NCBI RefSeq assembly: GCF_000020025.1
Contig: NC_010628.1
Location: 2,340,001 to 2,372,000, forward strand
Source of the DNA: Nostoc punctiforme PCC 73102
Lineage (GTDB): Bacteria; Cyanobacteriota; Cyanobacteriia; Cyanobacteriales; Nostocaceae
Direction of reading: 5' to 3'
DNA: 32,000 nt
Shown here: in pieces, positions 1-8,901 of the stretch
Numbering within the stretch: position 1 is the stretch's first letter
Layout: every line of letters begins with the position of its first letter
The notes under the pieces: model-generated
Seen by the model: the letters and a program-made list of their open reading frames with translations, nothing else
Told to the model about the DNA's origin: nothing
Databases searched by the model: none
Translations under genes and position numbers: made by a program

Positions 1-290
1 ACGTCAACTTCTTGGCTCTTCTGCTGGGCTATTGTGTTTGAATCACCACTATTTATTAGGGCCAGTCTTACTAACAATTTTTGCTAAACCTCCGATTTGA
101 AAATAGGAAATGGGAGGGAGTAAAAGATTGGAAACAGCTTGTATCAGTCATTCTTCTCTAAGTAAGTTGGCACAATAAAATCAAAATATGTAAAGAAAAA
201 TAAACTAGTCTAAAACCCTTATACCTATTGTCTATTGCCTTATCCCAACGACAATTATTTACGCTCACTTACTTGTATCTTAATTACGAA

Positions 291-788
291 TTACGAATTA
301 GTATGACCTCGATATTCCATAAATACCACAGGAACTTTGAGCAGCTTTTTAGCTAATTGCGACAATCTAAATTTATCGTTGAGCGTAGACAAGCCTGTTG
401 TTCTGGGAAATTGTGGCAAGTCTTCAAAAGATATTGGTACAAAATTAAACCGACTGTAAAACTGTGCCAATCGTTCACCTAAACATTCAAGATAAAGTGG
501 TTGCGTTGCTGTATTAATCAAATGCTGCGTTAGCAAAGTACCCAAACCGCGACCTCTCCAAGCTGATGCAACGACCAAACTACCAAGTTCTTGTGCCCCT
601 GAAAAATTACGTAACTGTCCGCAAGCTACGAGATTATCACCGCATTCAATTACCCAAAATTGCTGCCAGTTTAATTGGGTTGGGTCGAGTTTCGCTGAGA
701 ATACCAGCAATCGAATTGACCACTTATCCCCAGAGGTTGCCTTGCGAAGCATACACCCAGATGGTAACGATAGATTACTCTGGTTCAT
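291..788 (-). CDS. GNAT family N-acetyltransferase
   Basis: 165-aa ORF with an acetyl-CoA-binding motif-A-like segment 'LVVASAWRGRGLGTLLTQHLI'. A shorter start at M13 (nt 752) is possible. Confidence 0.8.
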   Translation of the reverse strand: MNQSNLSLPSGCMLRKATSGDKWSIRLLVFSAKLDPTQLNWQQFWVIECGDNLVACGQLRNFSGAQELGSLVVASAWRGRGLGTLLTQHLINTATQPLYLECLGERLAQFYSRFNFVPISFEDLPQFPRTTGLSTLNDKFRLSQLAKKLLKVPVVFMEYRGHTNS

Positions 789-1082
789 TAATTACACTTT
801 GATAGTTTGGATCGTAATCATCACATCATATTATTCACCTAGCCAGGCTCAGATGCAAAAGCATCTTAGACATAAAACCGATTCCAAGTTCTCCCTTAAC
901 CATAGGAAGCGTTGTAAGGTTAAAGAACTCTACATTTCTGGATTTTTTCAGTATACATGAGTAGTACTAAACAATACTTCCGATAGAGGTAGAAATCAGC
1001 CATAACTATATCTGGATAGATGCACTCACACCCCTAACCTTTTTAGGATAATACCAACAATAAGATTATTAGGAATGTAATA

Positions 1083-1274
1083 ATGACTGAACCACAAAAA
1101 GCTGGTAGCCAAGAAAATACACCCAGTTCTGGTAATTACGAAACCACTCTTGACGAAAGTAAGCGCAAAACTGGCGATGATGAAAAGAGCGATGCTAAAC
1201 CCACTGCTACACCAGAAGCACCAGAAAATGATTCTGTAGCAGGTAGCCCCAATCAGGGAACTGAGTCACGTTAA
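1083..1274 (+). CDS. small acidic low-complexity hypothetical protein (63 aa)
   Basis: ORF only. Composition is rich in E/D/K/S/T/P and no family is recognised. A weak hairpin (tgggttt-N7-aaaccca, 1310-1330) lies downstream. Confidence 0.35.
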   Translation: MTEPQKAGSQENTPSSGNYETTLDESKRKTGDDEKSDAKPTATPEAPENDSVAGSPNQGTESR

Positions 1275-1415
1275 TTGGTTTGAAGTTTGCCAAGTTTCAA
1301 TAATCTACTTGGGTTTTTCTAGTAAACCCAATTTACTAAACTTTGAGTGGATGGTTGTGGTTTATATCACGATTATTCACTCATTTTTGTTGTGTGAGAA
1401 CGTGGTGCGGTAAGT

Positions 1416-1444
1416 TCGTAGGCGCAGCCCAATCTAGGCATAGC
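1416..1444. repeat. degenerate copy of the 29-nt Nostoc-type repeat GCGTAGGCGTAGCCCGYCGTAGRCATYGC
   Basis: tcgtaggcgcagcccaatctaggcatagc resembles the copies at 9748-9776 and 19649-19677. Confidence 0.45.
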
Positions 1445-1514
1445 TTTTGTATTCTGGCATTGTTATGTATTTTATTTTACTTCGTACTAAAAAAATGATT
1501 TTCCTTGCGCTTAG

Positions 1515-1650
1515 TTAGGGCTTACACAAAACTATACGCGCTCAGGGGCAATAATTCCGTTGGAGAACTTGTAGAGTAAGCGCTTCGTGCCTACAGAAAT
1601 TGCCCCTACGGTAAATCAAGGCTTTCGCTGCTGTTTTGCGTAAGTCCTAA
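1515..1650. repeat. MITE-like palindromic dispersed repeat (~136 bp)
   Basis: Terminal inverted repeats ttagggcttacacaaaac (1515-1532) and gttttgcgtaagtcctaa (1633-1650) match 16/18 as reverse complements. Internal arms aggggcaat/attgcccct also pair. The element is non-coding. Confidence 0.5.
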
Positions 1651-1849
1651 TTAATATTTTTGAATATGATGTCTGAAGTTTGTCAGCACAGTGCTAAGGG
1701 AAAATCACCTATCCCTGAAAATCTGCTCAACTTCATGATTCTTAATCATGCCAGCTTCTTCTAGTGGCTGACAGAAGTCCCACAATCCAATAGGCTGATC
1801 TTAAAGTGGTGATTTTTCACTGAGTCGTTAAGAACTACCTATACAGAAA

Positions 1850-2179
1850 ATGTCTCTTAAAATAGTCCAGAACTTTGATGGCAGCTTCACTCTTGAAGCA
1901 CAAGCCCAAGAAACTTTGTTCAACTTATTGACAAGCGATGCTTTCTTAAATCAAATTCGTCAACAATTGCAGTGTGAACAAATTAAATTTACAGAATTAA
2001 TTTTCCAACCAGTTCCTTATAGCTTAACTACAACTAAAGGAATGCCAGCAGAGTTTGAGAAGTATCATGAATCTGATGAATATGCCATTATCAATGTACC
2101 ACCAAATTTCATGTTTAGTGCTAAGATTTTTAAACCCAGTCGCCTTTGTGCAATTTACCAAAAATTTGGTAATGGGTAA
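1850..2179 (+). CDS. hypothetical protein (109 aa)
   Basis: ORF of plausible composition on the same strand as downstream genes. No motif recognised. Confidence 0.45.
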   Translation: MSLKIVQNFDGSFTLEAQAQETLFNLLTSDAFLNQIRQQLQCEQIKFTELIFQPVPYSLTTTKGMPAEFEKYHESDEYAIINVPPNFMFSAKIFKPSRLCAIYQKFGNG

Positions 2180-2251
2180 TTTTAAAGATAGTTTTTCCCT
2201 AATTAGCAATTTTCCATTCTGAAGGCAAATAGTAAATTTAATATTTGATGT

Positions 2252-2800
2252 ATGGCTCTTGAAACAAATCTTTCTTCTTTGGCAGCCCTGGAATACATTC
2301 CTTACATTGATTATAGCGGTCAATTACCTGAACAATTTCAAGGTAAAATCGGGGTATATGCTATTTTTGACCAAGAAAAAGTGCTGCAATTTGTAGGATA
2401 CTCTCGTGATGTTTATCTCAGCCTCAAGCAGCATTTAGTCCGTCAGCCACAGCAATGCTATTGGGTCAAAATTCAAACTATTGAACGCCCTAGTCGCACA
2501 ATTTTAGAAAATACTGAAAATGCTTGGATTGCTGAAAATGGCAGTGTCCCTTGGGGAAATGGGGATAACAAGGAAAAATGGACTCATCCCATTGATGTCA
2601 AATTAATAATGACACCTGAAGAACAGGCAAAATATCAAAATCCAGCTAATGATGAATTAGCACAAATGAAAATTATTAAAAATGTGGCGCGGAGAGTAGA
2701 AGCAGAAATTTCAACGCAATTATTAGAAGTGCGTGGTTTACAAATGCAAATTCGCTTCAATCCTAAATTGAAAGAAGAAGGTTTACTAGATTTGAAATGA
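2252..2800 (+). CDS. GIY-YIG domain-like protein (cyanobacterial/plastid-type)
   Basis: 182-aa ORF. The N-terminal 'GVYAIFDQEKVLQFVGYSRDVYLSLKQHL' fits the GIY...YVG/YIG pattern. Confidence 0.6.
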   Translation: MALETNLSSLAALEYIPYIDYSGQLPEQFQGKIGVYAIFDQEKVLQFVGYSRDVYLSLKQHLVRQPQQCYWVKIQTIERPSRTILENTENAWIAENGSVPWGNGDNKEKWTHPIDVKLIMTPEEQAKYQNPANDELAQMKIIKNVARRVEAEISTQLLEVRGLQMQIRFNPKLKEEGLLDLK

Positions 2801-2847
2801 ATGTTGTTTTGGGAAAACTATCTTATGAATATCGCTTATAATCTCCC

Positions 2848-4353
2848 ATGACAATACAGCTGCTGAACGATCGCTATCAAGTTATCCGCACACTGGGTGC
2901 TGGTGGGTTTGGTGAAACCTATCTAGCAGAAGATACCTATATGCCCTCAAAGCGCCTTTGTGTGGTTAAACAGCTAAGACCAATTCACAATAATCCCCAA
3001 ATTTACCAGTTAGTGCAAGAGAGGTTTCAACGGGAAGCAGCTATTCTCGAAGAACTCGGTGGCGCAAATGACCAAATTCCAGCATTGTATGCCTATTTCT
3101 CCTCTGGTGGGCAATTTTACTTAGTCCAGGAGTGGGTTGAAGGCGATACCCTAACTGGAAAAGTTCAAAAGCAGGGGCTATTTAGTGAAGGCGCTGTCCA
3201 GGAATTATTCATAAATTTATTACCCGTCCTGGATTATGTTCACTCTAAGCACATCGTTCACCGCGATATTAAACCGGATAACATCATTGTGCGTCATCGT
3301 GATGGTAAACCAGTGCTGATTGATTTTGGCGCTATCCGGGAGTCAATGGGAACCGTAGTAAATTCTCAAGGCAATCCTACCAGTTCGATTGTGATTGGTA
3401 CACCTGGCTATATGCCGAGCGAACAAGCCGCAGGTAGGCCAGTTTATTCGAGTGATTTATACAGTTTAGGAATGACGATAATTTATTTACTTACTGGTAA
3501 ACAGGCGCAACAACTAGAGACGGATTCCCAGACGGGTGAAATCGTGTGGCGACAGTATGCGAGTCATGTTAGTCCAATCATAGCAGGAGCGATTGATAAA
3601 GCGATCGCATATCATCCGCGCGATCGCTACCCCACAGCTAGAGCAATGCTGGATACTTTGCAGAACATCGCAAATCCAATTCCACCAACGCAACCCATCT
3701 TGACTCAACCAACTATAGTTTCTGCACCACCACCTCAGACAGTGGCTGTCAAACCACAGCCAAATCCTCAAGGTAATAGTCAAAATAATATCCTTCTGGG
3801 CAGTTTGATTGCAGGTGGGCTAATCGGTGCATCTGTGATTATTAGCCAGGTATTAACAAAACCTACTCAATCTACAGCAGACAAAACGGTATTACCTTCA
3901 GAAACTCCGTCAAATGTCACCAGCCCAGTGAGAGAAACTCCTAAATTTATACCAACTACCTCATCTGTTCCTACTCAAACCCCATCTGCTCCTACTCAAA
4001 CCCCATCTGTTACTACTCAAATTACACCCGCCCCAACGACATCAATACCGCCAGTAGGTACCACGACTGCCAACACTTATTTATGGCTTTCCCAAAGACT
4101 TGTAAATGATGCAGATTTGGATGGTAAAGACGGTTTTGAACTAGATATTATGCGAAATTCGATTTTTGCTAGTCACGGCCGCCGTTTTGATACTCCTGGA
4201 TTACAAGATTATTTTGACAACCTACCTTGGTATAAACCTATATATTCACCAAAAGCGTTTCCATCTAAATTACTGTCAAAATTAGAGCAACAAAATATCG
4301 AGTATATCAACAAATATCAAGAACGTTACGGCTTGAGATATTTTAAGAAATAA
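2848..4353 (+). CDS. Ser/Thr protein kinase with Pro/Thr-rich linker, one TM segment and C-terminal YARHG domain
   Basis: Kinase motifs: Gly-loop 'LGAGGFGETY', 'VVKQL' lysine, 'HRDIKPDN', 'DFG', 'GTPGYMPSEQ'. Hydrophobic segment 'ILLGSLIAGGLIGASVIISQVL'. C-terminal 'MRNSIFASHGRRFDTPGLQDYFDNLPWYKP' matches the YARHG signature. Confidence 0.9.
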   Translation: MTIQLLNDRYQVIRTLGAGGFGETYLAEDTYMPSKRLCVVKQLRPIHNNPQIYQLVQERFQREAAILEELGGANDQIPALYAYFSSGGQFYLVQEWVEGDTLTGKVQKQGLFSEGAVQELFINLLPVLDYVHSKHIVHRDIKPDNIIVRHRDGKPVLIDFGAIRESMGTVVNSQGNPTSSIVIGTPGYMPSEQAAGRPVYSSDLYSLGMTIIYLLTGKQAQQLETDSQTGEIVWRQYASHVSPIIAGAIDKAIAYHPRDRYPTARAMLDTLQNIANPIPPTQPILTQPTIVSAPPPQTVAVKPQPNPQGNSQNNILLGSLIAGGLIGASVIISQVLTKPTQSTADKTVLPSETPSNVTSPVRETPKFIPTTSSVPTQTPSAPTQTPSVTTQITPAPTTSIPPVGTTTANTYLWLSQRLVNDADLDGKDGFELDIMRNSIFASHGRRFDTPGLQDYFDNLPWYKPIYSPKAFPSKLLSKLEQQNIEYINKYQERYGLRYFKK

Positions 4354-5021
4354 GTTTAGGCAAGAGGCAACTGGAAAGAAGGCTTTTTGAATTTTACTGA
4401 GTTTTTTCAAAAATCAATCAAATATGAGCCTTATATGTTGGTAGGGGCGTACTAGTGTAAGCGGTTACACTCGATACATTTATTGCAAATGTTCTTGTAA
4501 ATGCTATAACTTCTAAGTATATTAGTTTGAACTTATCAAAGGATTTATTGCTACTTATTAGATAATATCTAGGTTGTCTAGTGTAATATACCAGACAAAT
4601 CGCTAGATATTTAATAACCTAAAATCGCTAGATATTAGAGACTAGTCCTACCGAAGCCTATATAGAGTGAGAGCTAAACTGTTTTTTTCTACGCCAAATT
4701 CCATCTCTAGATACTAGGCCGTTTCAGAACCAGGCATTTATATTTAATATATAAAATTGCTATCTCGAACATTAGCAATCCATAAGTTAAAGAAATGCCA
4801 TTTTTATAATTTCTTTGTTATTTTGTATTTAACGGGACAGTTCTTCCCGATTTGGTGGGCTTAAATAACAATTAGTTAGACAATTTCCCTCCAAAGATCC
4901 ATGTAAATTCTTTGCATTGTGCTTATTTTTCTGCATAATTTCCAAGCATAATGCAAATTGGCTCGACAGATTAGATGGTAATATTCCATTCGGCAAATAG
5001 TTCATCTACACAAGGAAAACC

Positions 5022-5393
5022 TTGCCTACTACTATGCTTAAAATCAAGAATCAGCGTATTTTTTTGCCTGCGTTTATTCAACCTTTAGGACAAAATAATC
5101 TAGCAGATAGCAAAAAGGAATTAGCTAAACCTAAATTAGATTTATTGCAACCATTACGTCAATGGCTGGATGAAATTGAGATTCAGAATCAGAAATTAGC
5201 GAAATTTATTGCTAAACTGATTCCTGCTCAGTGTCCATTCGAGCGTGATATCAAGCTTTTTGGTCGCAAAATAGGACACATTCCGCCAATGTGCAAACTC
5301 AATCCACTTTATAACGAACTTGTCTATTTGCGTTTTCGCGCTTTGTGTTATTTAGTAGATCAGTGTGGAGAGGATATTCAATCCTACTGCTGA
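5022..5393 (+). CDS. Mo-dependent nitrogenase C-terminal domain family protein
   Basis: 'KLIPAQCPFERDIKLFGRKIGHIPPMCKLNPLYNELVYLRFRALCYL' matches my recollection of the Mo-nitro_C family. The ORF starts at a TTG; the ATG at 5034 is the more likely start. Confidence 0.7.
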   Translation: MPTTMLKIKNQRIFLPAFIQPLGQNNLADSKKELAKPKLDLLQPLRQWLDEIEIQNQKLAKFIAKLIPAQCPFERDIKLFGRKIGHIPPMCKLNPLYNELVYLRFRALCYLVDQCGEDIQSYC

Positions 5394-5414
5394 ACATAAC
5401 TAGAAAAACGCAAC

Positions 5415-5687
5415 ATGGAAATTCAAATTGAGCATCAGCCCAGACAAGAACGCCTCAATGAATTGGGTGTCTATAAATGGGATATTTGGAGAAAGGAAGT
5501 CTCAAAATTCCCTTGGACTTATGATTCTCAAGAAACTTGCTACTTTTTGGAAGGCGATGTGGTTGTTACTCCTGATGGTAGACAACCAGTGCAAATGGGT
5601 AAAGGCGATTTGGTGATTTTTCCGGCTGGAATGTCCTGCATCTGGGAAATTACAAGCGACGTGAAAAAACATTATTACTTTGATTAG
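5415..5687 (+). CDS. cupin domain protein (DUF861/Cupin_3-like)
   Basis: 90-aa ORF. 'ETCYFLEGDVVVTPDG...GDLVIFPAGMSCIWEI..VKKHY' is typical of small cupins. Confidence 0.8.
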   Translation: MEIQIEHQPRQERLNELGVYKWDIWRKEVSKFPWTYDSQETCYFLEGDVVVTPDGRQPVQMGKGDLVIFPAGMSCIWEITSDVKKHYYFD

Positions 5688-5958
5688 TTAAGAGTTAAGA
5701 TTGATCCCCGTTCTTTTCTTGATGATCTACAAAATCAAAACCTCACAACATCTCATAAATTTAGATTTTTATTATAGGTGGGGTTCGCAACGAGTATCGC
5801 AGGATAAAGTAACATATTTGGTAAATTGCTTATATCCATATCTGTCAAAACTCGTTGCGACTCCATTCCCTAAACAATCTTCATAAAAATAGATAGCCTC
5901 ATTTTCTGCATATTTGGCAGAAAGTTGATGGCAGATATCTGAAAATATGAAATTCATT

Positions 5959-5990
5959 GATCCCCGACAATTTTAGCGAAGTCGGGGATC
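5959..5990. repeat. perfect 10-bp stem hairpin gatccccgac-N12-gtcggggatc
   Basis: Inverted repeat read directly from the sequence. This hairpin type is dispersed in Nostoc genomes. Confidence 0.5.
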
Positions 5991-6137
5991 TTGTTATTGA
6001 AATTTATCATAGCGATCGCCACTACTGGGAATCTTAGGAGTTCATAATCAAGTTAGTGGGAGTTTAGTTACAGAAGATGCTGTTCAGCAGAGAAATATTT
6101 CGTTTTACCGCAATTTTATTGAGGAAAATCATTAAAA

Positions 6138-6884
6138 ATGTTACTGCATTTGAGTACTTGGCAAGAAGTCGAAGCTTATTTACAGCAGTCGAAGGGGATT
6201 ATTTTCCCTATTGGTTCCACAGAACAACATGGCCCAACGGGGTTAATTGGTACTGATGCCATTTGTGCAGAAGCGATCGCAGCTGGTGTGGGTGATGCAA
6301 CTGGCGCGATCGTTGGCCCTACAATCAATGTGGGCATGGCACTGCATCATACTGCTTTTCCTGGCACAATCAGTCTGCGTCCTAGCACTTTAATTCAAGT
6401 AGTTCGAGATTATGTAACTTGTTTAGCCAAAGCTGGTTTTAGCAAGTTCTACTTTATCAACGGACACGGTGGTAATATTGCCACCCTCAAAGCGGCGTTT
6501 TCCGAAACTTATGCCCATTTAGAAGATTTGCAGATTGCCAATGCTCAACAAGTGCAGTGTCAAGTGGCAAACTGGTTTATGTGCGGTTCTGTATATAAGC
6601 TAGCTAAAGAGTTATATGGGGATCAAGAAGGTTCTCATGCAACACCAAGTGAAGTAGCCCTCACCCAATACGTTTATCCAGAGGCAATTAAGCAAGCACC
6701 CCTTTCACCAGAAGTTGCAAGCGGACACAGGATTTATAGCGCAGCTGACTTTCGAGTGCGTTATCCAGATGGACGTATGGGATCAAATCCTGGTTTAGCA
6801 ACACCAGAACACGGAAAGCAATTTTATGATTTAGCGGTGAAAGAACTCAGCAATGGATATTTGGAATTTGTGAACGCAGATTGA
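6138..6884 (+). CDS. creatininase (creatinine amidohydrolase) family protein
   Basis: 248-aa ORF with 'FPIGSTEQHGP' and 'FINGHGGN' motifs characteristic of the family. Confidence 0.85.
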   Translation: MLLHLSTWQEVEAYLQQSKGIIFPIGSTEQHGPTGLIGTDAICAEAIAAGVGDATGAIVGPTINVGMALHHTAFPGTISLRPSTLIQVVRDYVTCLAKAGFSKFYFINGHGGNIATLKAAFSETYAHLEDLQIANAQQVQCQVANWFMCGSVYKLAKELYGDQEGSHATPSEVALTQYVYPEAIKQAPLSPEVASGHRIYSAADFRVRYPDGRMGSNPGLATPEHGKQFYDLAVKELSNGYLEFVNAD

Positions 6885-6885
6885 A

Positions 6886-6910
6886 GGGGACAGGGGACAG
6901 GGGCAGGAGG
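6886..6910. repeat. STRR-like heptamer tandem repeat (GGGGACA)n
   Basis: ggggaca ggggaca ggggcag gagg lies immediately after the creatininase stop codon. Confidence 0.6.
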
Positions 6911-7015
6911 TAGAAACTCTATTTAATGTGTGAGTCCTGCTGCATTTGTACCCTTTCCCTTTCCCCCTTAACCGAAAAGTATTGGGGCTACGCCTACGCA
7001 CCAATTCCTACAAGC

Positions 7016-7618
7016 TCAACATTTATTTTTTAATTGCCGCAATTGCCACATCTTCCAGAAATAGCTAGAAATCCAATTGGTAATCATGTGAGCGACAATC
7101 GGCACTAATAGGTTGCCCGTAAGCAAGGCACTATATGCCAATATCATTCCAACAATTGTTGCCCAAATCACATAAGGCCATTGTTGAGAACCACTAAAAT
7201 GCAAGATGCCAAAGCAAAAACTAGATACAATGACAGCCGCATGATCTAAGCCTAAAGCTGAAAGCATTACACCCCGAAATAACAATTCTTCACTCAACCC
7301 TGGTAGTAAACCGAGCCAAATTAAGTCTGGTAACGCTAAGGGCTTCAGTACTACTTCTAGATAATAATCTGCACTTTTTCGATAGGGAGTCCAAACGCGA
7401 TAAGCTATGCCACTTAAGGCTGTAATGACAAACCCCAATCCCACACCCAACAGCAAATCTTTCTCGTCCCACTTCCAGGAAAATAGGGAAAAGTTACCAA
7501 AGTGCAACGACAGTTTGGCGACTATCAACAAAATGATTGCAGTCGCTCCCATCGCGCCAAGTACTTGGATGCGTGTCAGATATGGAATTTCTGGCTCTTG
7601 TTTTTGTTGTTCAACCAC
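7016..7618 (-). CDS. CPBP family intramembrane glutamic endopeptidase (CAAX protease/Abi-like)
   Basis: Multi-TM 200-aa ORF with 'SEELLFRG', 'FGILHF' and 'AHMITNW' motifs. Confidence 0.85.
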   Translation of the reverse strand: MVEQQKQEPEIPYLTRIQVLGAMGATAIILLIVAKLSLHFGNFSLFSWKWDEKDLLLGVGLGFVITALSGIAYRVWTPYRKSADYYLEVVLKPLALPDLIWLGLLPGLSEELLFRGVMLSALGLDHAAVIVSSFCFGILHFSGSQQWPYVIWATIVGMILAYSALLTGNLLVPIVAHMITNWISSYFWKMWQLRQLKNKC

Positions 7619-7627
7619 GGGTTTTTA

Positions 7628-7682
7628 GGGGAAGGGGCAGGGGGAAGGGAGCAGGGAGCAGGGAGCAGGGGACAGGGGGAAG
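7628..7682. repeat. STRR-like purine-rich heptamer array (GGGAGCA x3, GGGGACA)
   Basis: Tandem heptamers read directly (7647-7674 are the cleanest). Confidence 0.6.
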
Positions 7683-7700
7683 ATAGAACTCCTTCTGTAC

Positions 7701-7720
7701 AGACGCGATTAATCGCGTCT
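7701..7720. repeat. 20-bp perfect palindrome agacgcgattaatcgcgtct (copy 1)
   Basis: An identical copy sits at 8861-8880. Both are followed by ctc-ctaactc-type sequence. Confidence 0.75.
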
Positions 7721-7730
7721 CTCCTAACTC

Positions 7731-8795
7731 CTAACTTTTAATTACTGGCTGCAAAGGTGATAGTTTGGGACGGAGAGCGGAGGGGTTGATGCCTGCTTTG
7801 TGTGCTACTAATACGCCTACTGCTTCTAAATACGAGTTTACCTGTATAACTTTGATCCCCAACGGTTGGGGAGGAACTTTGATTAGAGTTTTATTTTCTT
7901 CTACTGTAATTATTTGGCATCGTCTTTGGCTTAAACTCAGTAAAGCACTGCTACCACAAGCATTTGCAGGTGCGATCGCAGCATCCACTTCATCTGCCCA
8001 AATATCTCCTTTTTCTGATGCAATCGCTCCTTTATCTATTATAAATTGTGGGGCACGACTTAATCCGACAAGGACGCACGGCAAAAAGGTATAGCCCAAT
8101 TCTTCGGCGGCGGAACGGGGTGATAAATCAGGTTGTGGAGGTTCGCTCAAAAGGGCGGGAGAATGGGCGCAAGGAATTTGAAAGGTTCGCACTAGCAAAT
8201 GACTAATTACGGCTTCTGCACCCGCTAGGGGATCAACGCCTTCACCGTGGCGGTATTTTTGTACTGCTTCTGAGTCCATATCATCGGGGAAACGGGCAAC
8301 AACTGCGATCGCTTCTGCCCCCGCTTTTTTTATTAATATCTCAGCTGCTCGTAATAAGCTATCTGGGTTGCCAATTGTTCCCCAACTCGCTCCCGATGCT
8401 GTAGTCCGTAATTCTACATTTAATGGTGCATCTGTAATTACATAATCTGTTAAGGCCAATCCCAGAGTTGCTCTGACTGCATCGGCTGCTTGTATATGCC
8501 GTAGCCGCAACTCTGGCTCAATAGCTTGGTCTAAAAGCAAACCTACTTTGTTGTTGCGGACTGGACGCAATCCCCAGCATCCAGAGGCGAATTTGTCAAG
8601 CCCGTAACCTTCAACATAGAAAGCATTAGGGAGATTCCAATACAAACTTGCGCCATTCAGGACATTGGGGTGAGTAATTAGGCGATCGCAAACCTGTGCT
8701 ATAACTTTGGCAACAGGTAAAGCATCTCCTGCATAACCCCCAATGGCAGCCCCAACGCCAGTTGGTACAATTAAAATAGCAGTGTATGGACGCAT
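7731..8795 (-). CDS. DUF3326-like conserved cyanobacterial/plant protein
   Basis: 'MRPYTAILIVPTGVGAAIGGYAGDALPVAKV...ITHPNVLNGA' matches my recollection of DUF3326. The ORF extends to 8834, but the ATG at 8795 fits the conserved N terminus. Confidence 0.65.
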   Translation of the reverse strand: MRPYTAILIVPTGVGAAIGGYAGDALPVAKVIAQVCDRLITHPNVLNGASLYWNLPNAFYVEGYGLDKFASGCWGLRPVRNNKVGLLLDQAIEPELRLRHIQAADAVRATLGLALTDYVITDAPLNVELRTTASGASWGTIGNPDSLLRAAEILIKKAGAEAIAVVARFPDDMDSEAVQKYRHGEGVDPLAGAEAVISHLLVRTFQIPCAHSPALLSEPPQPDLSPRSAAEELGYTFLPCVLVGLSRAPQFIIDKGAIASEKGDIWADEVDAAIAPANACGSSALLSLSQRRCQIITVEENKTLIKVPPQPLGIKVIQVNSYLEAVGVLVAHKAGINPSALRPKLSPLQPVIKS

Positions 8796-8860
8796 ATTGA
8801 GTGCTGAGTTATGAGTGATGAGTTTATGAATCAAAAGCCATCAAATACTAACTCTTGTAT

Positions 8861-8880
8861 AGACGCGATTAATCGCGTCT
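8861..8880. repeat. 20-bp perfect palindrome agacgcgattaatcgcgtct (copy 2, with partial duplication taatcgcgtctct at 8885-8897)
   Basis: Identical to 7701-7720. Confidence 0.75.
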
Positions 8881-8901
8881 CTCTTAATCGCGTCTCTTTT
8901 C

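Noticed and set aside
1-87. Frame-1 open reading run ending at TAA 85-87 (…WLFCWAIVFESPLFIRASLTNNFC*), considered as the 3' end of a gene cut by the window edge
   Set aside because: Only 28 codons are visible and there is no motif, so it cannot be distinguished from chance.
3514-3783. 89-aa antisense ORF inside the kinase gene, and similar embedded ORFs (566-802, 742-960, 2024-2323, 5428-5616, 7290-7472, 7407-7628, 7502-7741, 7765-8094, 9953-10222, 10234-10416, 10932-11144, 11319-11567, 12389-12571, 14926-15162, 19714-19911, 19757-19957, 20825-21028, 22229-22420, 22720-22963, 23925-24119, 24136-24348, 24635-24907, 27562-27849, 28988-29197, 29984-30214, 31710-31910)
   Set aside because: All overlap better-supported genes or repeats, have no recognisable motifs, and show skewed composition. 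I treat them as shadow ORFs.
5701-5957. Two mutually overlapping 61-aa ORFs (5701-5886 +, 5772-5957 -)
   Set aside because: They cannot both be real, and neither has a recognisable motif or a clear start context. I kept this only as a possible insertion scar in the findings.
6886-7682. Heptamer tandem arrays considered as CRISPR-like or minisatellite loci
   Set aside because: The unit is 7 nt with no spacers and the arrays are 25-55 bp long. These are STRR-type repeats, not CRISPR.
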